Source: Paragordius varius
Taxonomy: Eukaryota > Animalia > Nematomorpha
NCBI GenBank assembly: GCA_964247055.1
Contig: OZ176059.1
Span: 2,852,001 to 2,916,000, forward strand
DNA length: 64,000 nt
Reading direction: 5' to 3'
Translations under genes and position numbers: made by a program
Shown: piece by piece, positions 28,391 through 38,703 of the stretch
Layout of the letters: each line of letters starts with the position of its first letter
How positions within the stretch are numbered: the stretch's first letter is position 1
The notes under the pieces: model-generated
What the model saw: only the letters and a program-made list of their open reading frames with translations
Told to the model about the DNA's origin: nothing
The model's database searches: none

Positions 28391-28925
28391 TTAGAAAACG
28401 AAAAAAATTTATAAAATAAATTCAAATGAAATAATAGACTGAAATTTATACTTTTATTCAAAATAATTCTGCGAAATATTGACTAGCTGGTACGCATTTC
28501 AGTACTTTCACATTAAGGAAGGTAAAATTACAACGAAAATAATGTATTTCTTGGTAAAATTTAAATTTTTTAGAAGGTATATGTAGTTTGAGTAAACATC
28601 AAACTGTGTGTTTTAAATCAATTTTTATTAATTTATTGAAATATGTAGCTGCTATATTTTTGTTGTTTAGTGAATTAACTATAATACTCATATATTTGCA
28701 ATTTAATTTATATCTAATTTTAAATCGGGCAAAGTTGTTTTTATATTATTATTTTAATATTTAATTTTGTTGAAGAGTCGAATTATTAATCATATTAGCA
28801 TCTTAAAATATTTCAAACTTTAAACCTAATTAAAACACTTACTCTAATTAATATTTGTATACAAGAAAGCTCAATGTAATAAAATATTTTTATGATTGAT
28901 ATATAGTAAGGCAGTTAATTATGGC

Positions 28926-29298
28926 GACGTCCCGCTTTTTAACGATTATATAAAAAAATGTTTTTTAAATACATTTAAATTTTTTATCATTAGTTATTAA
29001 AATCTATATCAATTTTAAATTAAATTTTTTATTAAATTAAAAATATTTATTTTTTCGAATTTATATATGATTATACACTCTGTTTCCTACTCCTACTGCC
29101 AACATTACCAAAAATACAAATAAGTACCACAAATCGGTGGCTTATACGTTTACTCCAGAAATTTAAGGTATTATAATATTTTTTTATACTAATATTAAAT
29201 ATATGAGTACAAAAAGTGGTTATAAATTCAACGATGAATAAATGAAAGAATTTCCTTTTATCAAAAAACGAAGAATAAGTGGATGATTGCTGGGTTAG
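28926..29298 (+). mobile_element. hAT family 2, 5'-end fragment
   Basis: GACGTCCCGCTTTTT ... ATGAGTACAAAAAGTGG...; reverse-complement homolog of about 34090-34570, including the transposase start. Confidence 0.7.
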
Positions 29299-31448
29299 GG
29301 TTTAATAATTATTTTAAATATTTGGTATATTAAATAATTTATAAACATCCAATTTATTTCAAAATATATGTTCATCCCATTAAATTAAGGATGTGAATTT
29401 CGACTACCTTAACTAAAACTGGTTTAAACCGTAATGATTAAATTTATTAGGGTAACTTCATACCGACCATATTGTTATAGTAACTAACTGCCTTAAAATA
29501 TTTTCAGACATAAAAATATTTTTCACAGATAGCTTTCTTGTGCAAATATATTATTTGTTACGGTATAAGTTAAGGTGTAGTAGATTAATACTTAACCCCT
29601 CATATACAAAATTAAGGATAATATTATTAAGAAAACAACTTTTTCTGATTTCTAAAATTTTACATTATATATTACTTAAGAATACTCTCCAGGGGTGTCC
29701 AACAGGGTACTCGCGAGCCATTAGTGGCTCATTGAAAATTTTGAGTGGCTCTTTGAAAATTAAAAAATTTTTTTTAAAAAAAAATAATTTTTAATTTTTT
29801 TCAAAAATTTTTTATATGTAAATTATGCATTTTAATTTTGACATTTAAATTTTTAGAAACTTTTAATAAAATTCTTTATTATGAATATCTATCAATGCAT
29901 TCATTTAATCATTTATAAAACACATTTTTTCCAGCATGTTATTTCCAAGTTCAAGATGATAACTTTCACATTAAATTAAAACATTAAATTACTTGCAAAA
30001 AATAGATATTTAAAGTAATTTATTTAGCTTTCATACCAATACTCGGAATTATAGTTTGGGTCCAATGAAAGATTGAAATACTTGCAAAAAATAGGTATTT
30101 AAAATAATTTATTTAGCTTTCATACCAATACTGGGAATTATAATTAAGGTCCATTGAAAAATTAAATTACTTGCAAAAATAATTTAAAATAATTTATATA
30201 GCTTTCAATATGCATAAATCCAAGAAAGTAACTAGAAAATACAATCCCTGGGAATAAAATATGGGTTTATTAATTTTCAACAAAGCGGAGTGCCTTATTT
30301 GCAAATTTACGACAAACGGGTTTCGCGAATATAATTTAAAATGACATGCCAATACCTGCATTTGGATTTTATTAATATGACTACAGAAATGAAAATAATA
30401 AAATTATTATTAATCTCCAACCAACAATTTCATTCACGCAACCTTATCCGATAGTAAAAGCAAGTTATATTGTTGCCAATTTACTCGCCAAAAAAACGAA
30501 GCCTTATTCTTATGGTGATTTGTAAAGGAATGCGTGGAAATTATAAAATATTTTGCCTAATAAAGTTGAATTAATATCTAATATAGTCTTTCGCGCAATA
30601 CTATGTGTCGACGAATTACAGACATCGCAGAAGAAATTCAACTTTCCCTAAAAGAAAGAATTCAAATTTGTGGCGTTTTCCTTGTCATTTGATGAAAGCA
30701 CAGATATAAGCAACATATCACAATTGGTAGTCTATTTGATGAAAGCACAGATATAAGCAACATATCACAATTGGTAGTCTTTATTCGAGGGATAAATTTT
30801 TTTAATATAACAGAAGATATGTTAGGCTTACTTTCGATGAAAATACAACTAACAGAGATGATATATTTCATGCAATTTTAAAATGTATTGAGGACAATAA
30901 ATTAAATATGAGGGCATGTTTGACAACAGATGGTGGCCCTATGATAGGAAAAAACAAGGGAACGTGAAATTATAGTTATAAGATGGAATCCGATGGTATT
31001 AATGTTGACCATATATATAATGCATTGCATGATTCACCGTGAAAATCTCTGCGCACATGCTCTGACAATGGACAATGTTATGACTGTTGTTATTAAAGTA
31101 GTTAATTTTATAAAATCTCATGCTATGAAGCATAGTTTAAGGAGTTATCAAAAGAAATTCATTCAGAATATGGAGATCTTATGTATTTTCAAATGTAAGG
31201 TGGTTTAGTCAAGGGGAATGTCTAAAAATATATTATTTATTAAAAAGAATAAAAATTTTTCTATTGCAGAATAATTATTTGGTATAGGAAATAACCAATG
31301 AAGATTGGTTGTCAGAATTATGCTTTCCCGTAGATATTACCGAAAAACTAAATCAATTAAATGAATCCTTGCAAAAGCAAGATAATTTGATTGTTGATGC
31401 GAATAACCATATTAAAGCGTTTTGTAAAAAATTGACGTTATTTGAATG

Positions 31449-31987
31449 ATAGAAAATCGGATAATTCATGGCGGAAGGCGCCATCTCCTTATAAGTTATT
31501 AATCAAGAAGGAGTATAAATAGTTAGTCTACCGAGTTGCAGGTTGGATATATTAGTTATTCCTAATTAGCAACAGAGACTATGAAAAAAATAAACACTGT
31601 CAACAAAATTTGGTTTCTTGATTTTCTAATTATAAAAAGCTTAATCCTGGCTTAAGGATTATAAGGAGTCATAATATTTGGTTGAATTTTGGTATTATCG
31701 GTTTTCCAATATGGACTCTAAGCTCTATAATATTCGTTTCCCCGACTCTATTCGGTTTCAATCTAAAACTCAATATATACAATTCCTGAACTGACAGTGT
31801 TTACCCGTGTTCATTATGTGTGGCTGATGAGTCCACAAAAAGGACGAAACGCGTCTCACACTATGACACGTGGTAAACACTGTCAACAAAATTTGGTTTC
31901 TCATAGTCTCTGTTGCTAATTAGGATATACTAATAAATCCAACCTGCAACTCGGTAGACAAACTATCTATACTCCTCTTGATTTATT
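31449..31987 (+). mobile_element. Non-autonomous Penelope-like/retrozyme-type insertion nested in hAT family 1
   Basis: 12-bp TSD GTTATTTGAATG (31437-31448 and 31988-31999); removing the insert restores the transposase frame; inverted arms about 31499-31584 and 31901-31987; 28-bp direct repeat at 31591 and 31874; contains a hammerhead ribozyme. Confidence 0.8.
31818..31861 (+). ncRNA. Minimal type I hammerhead ribozyme
   Basis: GTGTGG-CTGATGA-GTCC-ACAAAAA-GGAC-GAAA-CGCG-TC-TCACAC: complete core (CUGAUGA, GAAA, GUC site at 31853-31855), 4-bp helix II, minimal helix III with palindromic CGCG; helix I extends out to 31792-31885. Confidence 0.9.
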
Positions 31988-32432
31988 GTTATTTGAATGC
32001 CATTTAAAAAAAATAATGCTGAACACTTTCCAGAATTGAATAGATTTAAAGCTGGTAAAACTAACGATTTTTCAAAATATGCAGATCAAATTAACATATT
32101 ATCAAAAGCTTTTAATAATCGATACGGGGATATGACAAAATATGAAAAAATATTTGATTTATTTTTTGTCCATTCTACGTTGATGCTATCAACGCTCCTA
32201 TTAATTTACAAATGGAATTACTAGATTTGCATTCCAATAATGAATTAAAATTATTATTTAAGCAAACAAAAATATATTGAATTTTATAAAAAATATATAA
32301 CGTTTGATAAATTTCCCAAATTGATATTTATTTAGCAAAGCATTATGATATTTATACTGTTTATTTTCTTTTTGATATGAAAATTAGCACATCTATATGT
32401 TAATATAATAAATTTATTTGTTACCAATGTGT

Positions 32433-32471
<39 letters not shown>

Positions 32472-32836
32472 GGCTCTTTGGAATTTTGAGGTCGAAAAGG
32501 TGGCTCTTCAAGCCATTTGTGTTGGACACCCCTGCTCTACACCTTTGTCATTATAGGTGTAATATAATTTATTTCATCTATTACAATAAATTGATAGATA
32601 TCGATTTAAAAAAACATACATTTGTTTACTCAAACTACATATACCTATTAATAATTTAAAATTTTCCAAGATTTTTGTTGTAATTTTACCTTCATTAATT
32701 TAAAATGTTAAAGGACTGATATGCATAACAGGCTAATCGAAAATTCGCAGAACTGATTTGAGCAAAAGAATTTATGGCAGTTTGTTAGAGTTTATATTTC
32801 AATTGATTTTATTTTATAAATTTATTTCGTTTTCGA

Positions 32837-33058
32837 ATGAATTTAATTGTTATATTCATTTTTCTCTGGTTATCCTTTAAAAATTCTGAGGAAACCATCC
32901 AAAGTCCTTTTCAAAATGATATATTTAAAAAATGGTGCTCTAATAAGATAAGCGCTTCAGGCAAATTACCACACTTATATACTAAAATAACTTTTAATAA
33001 AAAATTATCGAATTATGACACTATTTTGCCTAATCATGCTTCGCTGACTGAGTCATAA
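32837..33058 (+). CDS. Short putative secreted peptide (73 aa), paralog of LRR-gene exon 1
   Basis: MNLIVIFIFLWLSFKNSEETIQSPFQND aligns with MKFILISFLLICFSFKASEETIPSSSQNE; upstream region homologous to the LRR promoters. May be a pseudogene. Confidence 0.45.
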   Translation: MNLIVIFIFLWLSFKNSEETIQSPFQNDIFKKWCSNKISASGKLPHLYTKITFNKKLSNYDTILPNHASLTES

Positions 33059-33264
33059 CATAAAACTTTTAAAATTTTTGATGATAAAAGATTGTCAATT
33101 AAAATTGTTGATTATATTAATATCTTATATTTGTTCTCGTTCATTGATATTGATTTAAAATAAATTATATGTATTTATTTAATATCAGTGAGATCTGGTG
33201 GAAGAGCCTTTCACAGCTCATTAAAATTGGGTCAACTATGCTAGGCTCTTCCTTATTTGATAAT

Positions 33265-34581
33265 GAACTTCTGCATTTTCACAGAATTCCTTAAGCGTTT
33301 CAACGCGTATATTGCATATTTAAAATAGCAATAACAACTACATTTTCCGCATCTAGGGGTAACAAATCAGCAGCTGTTTGAATAGCGTTGTGTATTATAT
33401 GCTCTGCACACCCAACGCCAATAATGTTTTGATTAAGATTATCTGCTAATTTATCAAAAATATATTTTGCTCCCCTCCTTGCTTTTCCACCAAAGTTCGT
33501 ATTGGTGTTATCAGCGCAATATGCGATGATTTTGTCTTTTAAATTATTTTTTGCTACAATACTTATTAAGGAAGTAATAAGTATGTCGGAATTTTCATCG
33601 GGTAGAGAAATAAAATCTAAAATTTAAATTTTTACTCTGGCTTCTGCAAAATATCTTATTAAAGTAGCAAATAATTTTGTTTCCTTGAGATTTGATACAT
33701 CAGAGTATAGCGATATGAAATTAATTTTCAGCACTTTGTATTTCAGAAAAAGCATGTGGGGAAAGGACATTGCACAATGGCTTCAGCCTTTGTAAGGGCT
33801 CATGTAAATTTTTTATTGAATAAGGTACAAACTGTCAGGTACAATCCATAGAGCTAAAGGAATGATTGTGATTAACGGCGTAAAAAGATAAAACACCTTC
33901 GACTAGTGCCAAATTCTTTTCTTCCTCTCCTCGATAAAAATCGCTCATTTGGTAAGATGATACCGCCATATCTAAAAATTTATGTTTATGCTTTGTAATA
34001 TCATGCTTGCCGCCATGTGTTAGGGTTAATTTCCCCTTGCATAAAGAACATTTAACAAATGATTCATTCTTCGTTTTTTTGATAAAAGTCACTTTCATTA
34101 ATTTATCGTTGAATTTACAACCTCTTTTTGTACTCATATTTTAAACTAATAGTATAAAATATTATATTACCCTAATTTTCTAGAGTAAACGTATAAGCTA
34201 CCGATTTGTGGTATTAATTTGTCTTTTAGATAATGTTGGCAGGTAATAAAACTAAAATATTAGTATACAAAAATATTTTATTAGTTTAATCTGGAGTAAC
34301 GTATAAGCTACCGATTTATGTTCTTTTAGATAATGTTGGCAGTAGGAGTAGGAAGCAAAGTGTATAATCATATGATATAATTCCGAAAAAAATAAATATT
34401 TTTAATTTAAAATTTAGATTTAAAGATAACTAATGGATAAAAATTTAAACGGATAAAAAAAATAATTTTTTTATAAAAAATTTAAATGTATTTAAAAATT
34501 TATTTTATATAATCGTGAAAAAGCGGGACATTCTAACATAGCGGGACAAAGTGTGAAAAAGCGGGACGTCTGGTCACCCTA
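33265..34581 (-). mobile_element. hAT family 2, 3'-truncated element with decayed BED-finger transposase
   Basis: Terminus TAGGGTGACCAGACGTCCCGC at 34581 with GCGGGAC subrepeats; ORF 34137-33835 (CSLC...HGGKHDITKH, EGVLSFYAVNHNHSFSSMDCT); downstream YCADNTNTNFGG and IGVGCAEHIIHN motifs. Confidence 0.85.
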
Positions 34582-34649
34582 GCCATAAAATTCAGTTAAA
34601 ATTATTTTTTAAAAAATTTTTAGTACCGCTGTTGGCCGCCTTCCTAATC

Positions 34650-35270
34650 CGTGTTATTGGTATACCAACAATTTATTTTTAGATTTTAGTACTTTACATT
34701 AAACTAGGTAATCGACGATAACAACTATTATTTAAATGGTTTATTGATTAAAGGTTAAATATCGAATTGATATGTATATTATACATGGACGAACAATTTT
34801 GTTTTTAATTGTGTATTTGCAAACATTATTTTCTCCTTAATATAAAGTGTACATTTCAATAGCTTTAAATTCAATACATTTTTTTAACATTTTTTACAAA
34901 TATCTAATTTACATTATTTAGATAGGGACCCTCTTGTTTTGTATCATCAATATAATTTATAAACTTTTACACACCTTTTTCGAATTTAAAAATACAAAAC
35001 CTTAAAAACAACATGTTATCGTCTACATATTTCATTTGAAACATATAAAATGTAAAATTATTTTTGTTGAAACTTAAATAAATGTTAGTTAGTTACCTTA
35101 AATTGAATTAATCATAATTATTGGCCATTTCAATTGAATAAAACGGGTTTTAAATGTATGTTGTCATTAAGACTTTTCGTTCCTAATTACATACTTTTTT
35201 AGTAAAATACACTGCCAGAAATGTAAATAAAAAATGAATTATCTCATATATTGCAACATACATGTTTATT
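34650..35270. repeat. Diverged direct segmental duplicate of about 37530-38140 (far-upstream region of the LRR-family genes)
   Basis: Shared blocks AACTAGGTA...ACAACTATTATTTA, CGAACAATTTTGTTTT and TAATCATAATTATTGGCCATTTT in the same order. Boundaries approximate. Confidence 0.65.
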
Positions 35271-35272
35271 AA

Positions 35273-35372
35273 CACTTCGATCTAAATTAGGGTATCTAAA
35301 TACCCCAGACAATTAAATTGATACTTTTAAACTACTGAAAAAACGGTTCCAATTTAAATTTATGCTTCTATC
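35273..35372. mobile_element. MITE family B, end fragment
   Basis: TTAA|CACTTCGATCTAAATTAGGGTATCTAAATACCCCAGAC, the reverse complement of the family B right end. Confidence 0.65.
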
Positions 35373-35374
35373 CT

Positions 35375-36260
35375 ATTTCACAGATAGCTTTCTTGTGCAT
35401 AAATATTAATTGTTACGGTATAAGTTAAGGTGTAGTAGATTAATACTTAACCCCTCATATACTAAACAGCATAATATTATTAAGAAAACAACTTTATCTG
35501 ATTTCTAAAATTTTACATATAAATACTCTACACCATTGTCAATATAGGTGTAATATAATTTATTTCATTTATTACAATAAATTGATAGATATCGATTAAA
35601 AAAACATACATTTGATGTTTACTCAATACATATACCCATTAATAATTTTAAATTTTCCAAGAAATATATTATTTTTGTTGTAATTTTACCTTCATTAATT
35701 TAAAATGTTAAAGTACTGATATGCGTTACAGGCTAGTCGAAAATTCGCAGAACTGATTTGAGAAAAAGAATTAATAGCAGTTTGTTAGAGTTTTTTCAAT
35801 TGATTTTATTTTATAAACTTATTTCGTTTTCGAATGAATTTCATTGTTATATTCTTTTTGTTTCTCTGGTTATCCTTTAAAAATTCTGAGGAAACCATCC
35901 AAAGTCCTTTTCAAAATGATATATTTAAAAAATGGTGCTCCAATAAGATAAGCGCTTCAGGCAAATTACCACACTTATATACAAATTTAAGATAACCTTT
36001 GATAAAAAATTATCGAATTATGATACTATTTTGCCTAATCATACTTCGCTGACTGAGTCATAACATAATGCTTTTAAATTTTTTGATGATAAAAGATTGT
36101 CAATTAAAATTGTTGATTATATTAATATCTTATATTTGTTCTCGTTCATTGATATTGATTTAAAATAAATTATATGTAATTATTTAATATCAGTAAGATC
36201 TGTTGATAAAGCCTTTCTCAGCTAATTAAATTTGGGTCAACTATGCTACGCTCTTCACAA
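35375..36260. repeat. Direct duplicate of 29520-29689 joined to 32535-33265 (empty site for the hAT family 1 element)
   Basis: Continuous alignment once 29690-32534 is removed. Confidence 0.85.
35834..35995 (+). pseudogene. Second copy of the short secreted-peptide ORF (53 aa), shortened by a small insertion
   Basis: MNFIVIFFLFLWLSFKNSEETIQSPFQNDIFKKWCSNKISASGKLPHLYTNLR*; a few extra bases relative to 32837-33058 cause an early stop. Confidence 0.5.
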
Positions 36261-36389
36261 TAAAGCCAAATTTTCACATTTATATTAAAATGTGACTAAC
36301 TTTATTTTAAAGGATATTTATGCATTATCAGCTAACATGTAAAGTGCAACTGATTCAAAAGCGGTTTTATTGTTGATTTAATAAAATAA

Positions 36390-37335
36390 ACAATTGGAGA
36401 ATTTTGATATTAAAATGCTAGGCTCATAATATATTTGTAATAAAAAATATAATTTATCATTCGAAAGAGAAATAAAAACTCTATAAAATGCATACTAATA
36501 TGTTTTACATCTATAGATAAATATGGACATAGGAAGCGACAAACGCGCGAAGCGAGAACGTTTTTCTTAATGAATATATTTGTAAAACTATGGATGAAAA
36601 TAGCTCAAACTTTGTGTAGACGGCAATGAATGACCAAAAATAAGACAAAAAAGTATTTTGATTAAAACATTTATTCTATTGCTTTTATGTCATTCAAAAC
36701 AGCCATTTTTAATTTTTGTGTTTTTAAAAAAATTACCATCCGTTAAATATTAATTAATGCTCTTTCCACTTATAGAAAAATATCAAAGACTAAAAATATT
36801 GGTTAAGGCAGTCTTGATCTTTTATAACCATTATGTTAAAAATTTAGAGTTATAACTATGCAATTTAGAATCCACTAGGTAAAATAATTTTGATAACAAT
36901 ACTTTTTTATTAAAAAAGCAAACCAAAAGCTTTTTCAAAGTTATTTTTAAAAATTTTATACGAGTAACCCCAATAATTCAATTACAATAATTTATATTAT
37001 AGTTTGTCTGTAAAAAATTTTGACTTATTTAAGGGTTGAAAATTTTGACCATATAAACTCAAATAAAACTTTCACATCAGATTGATTTGAATGACCAACT
37101 ACGATTCGAAAGATAGCGCTCTTTCGAATGATATATAAAACATGACTCTATATCTAAAACTCTTAAATTTGAAATTTCGAATTTAATGTTAAATCGGACC
37201 TAATTTTCGATAAACCCATAATAAAAAAAATTCTTAACATTTAAACCAATTTTATTTTATGCTATTTATGTACCTTAATGAAATAAATTTTAATTTATAA
37301 GAATGGCAGTTAAAAAAAGTCAAATTCGTTAGTGT
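36390..37335. mobile_element. Family E, diverged inverted copy
   Basis: Reverse-complement matches to 24013-25133 (GAAGCGACAAACGCGCGAAGCGAGA; GAATGGCAGTTAAAAAAAGT). Left boundary approximate. Confidence 0.7.
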
Positions 37336-37504
37336 AACTGCAAAAACGTTTTAAAACGATAATTTTTAGGCCATTTTTCGAAATAAGTTTATCCATATTA
37401 TAGTAAGAGCGAGAAAAATTGCTACAGTCCGTTTTCATTTTGCAGTTTTATGTTTGAAATCTAATAAATTATTTGCGAATCATATATTAAAATACAGCCT
37501 GAGA

Positions 37505-37527
37505 AGCCATTTGTGTTGGACACCCCT
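37505..37527. mobile_element. Isolated hAT family 1 right terminus
   Basis: AGCCATTTGTGTTGGACACCCCT, matching about 32511-32533. Confidence 0.6.
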
Positions 37528-38703
37528 TATAACAAAATTAATTTTAAATATTATACATTGTATTAAACAAATAAATTTTATTCTAACTAGGTAGACGAAA
37601 ACAACTATTATTTATTTAATTATTTAAGGTTGAATATAGAATTGATATAATACATAGGCGAACAATTTTGTTTTTGTATGTTAGCTCCCACAATAATTTT
37701 TCCTAGTAAAAACCAGACTTGTAAAATTTAATAGCTTTAAATTTCAAAACATTTAAAAACCTTCATTTATATAACCATTTATTTTATATTATTTCGATAA
37801 GGAGCCTCATGAACCTTTGATTTATCAAATTAATAAAATTTTACATACCTTTTCCATATTTAAATATATAATTTAACCTTAAAAACAAAATGTTATTGAC
37901 TACATATTTCATATTAAACATATAAAGTGTAAAATTATTTTTATTGAAACTATAATAAATGTTAGTTACCATAACCTTGTAAATTGCGTTAATCATAATT
38001 ATTGGCCATTTTAAATTGGTCAAAACGGGATATAAAAGTTTGTTGTCATGTATGGGATTTTTCGTTTTAATTCGTTACATATTTTAGATTCGTAGAAAAA
38101 AATGTATACAATAAAATGAATATTCTCATACATGGCAACAGATATGTCAATTACAAACATTACACCCTTTTACCCAATTAAAATAACAAAATGGCTGATA
38201 AAGCTTTCATTATTGTATATCAAATAATTTTTTAATTTATAAGTGATTCAAATAGGTTTAATGTTTTGAGATATTTTAAGGTGCTAGTAAAATTAATTTA
38301 ACATTCAACAAAAAAATTAAGGAAATGAATATAGTGAAAACTTGCCCGATCTAAAATTTTAGAATAAAAATTAAATTGTATGTGCGTAATTTAATTCATT
38401 TCTTAAACATCATAACTATAGCAATTAAATATTAAAATAAATTAATAGAAATTGACTTAAAACAAACACCCAGTTTGATGTTTACTCAAACTGCATATAC
38501 CTTCTAAAAATTTAAAATTTTACCAAGAAATATATTATTTTCGTTGTAATTTTTACCTTGCTTAAAATAAAAGGTTAAAGTACTGAAATGCGTACCAGCT
38601 AGTGATTATTTCGCAGAACTAATTTGAGTTAAAGTATAAATATCAGTCTATTAGAGTCTATATTTCATTAGATTTGATTTTATAAAAAATTTTCGCTTTC
38701 TAA

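Larger units (their letters stand above)
29690..32534 (+). mobile_element. hAT family 1 (Charlie/SPIN/GTF2IRD2-like) transposon with decayed transposase
   Basis: Perfect 15-bp TIR CAGGGGTGTCCAACA; right flank CTCTACAC, left flank CTCTC (degenerate 8-bp TSD; empty site AATACTCTACACC at about 35523). Frameshifted motifs ASYIVANLLAKKTKPYS, FDESTDISNISQLVVFIRG, TTDGGP, HCMIHRENLCA and LTLFECHLKKNNAEHFPEL. Confidence 0.9.

Noticed and set aside
30662-32659. ORFs 30662-30871, 30993-31208, 31997-32224, 32332-32529 and 32429-32659 as separate genes
   Set aside because: Fragments or antisense frames of the decayed hAT transposase, or frames through (TA)n.
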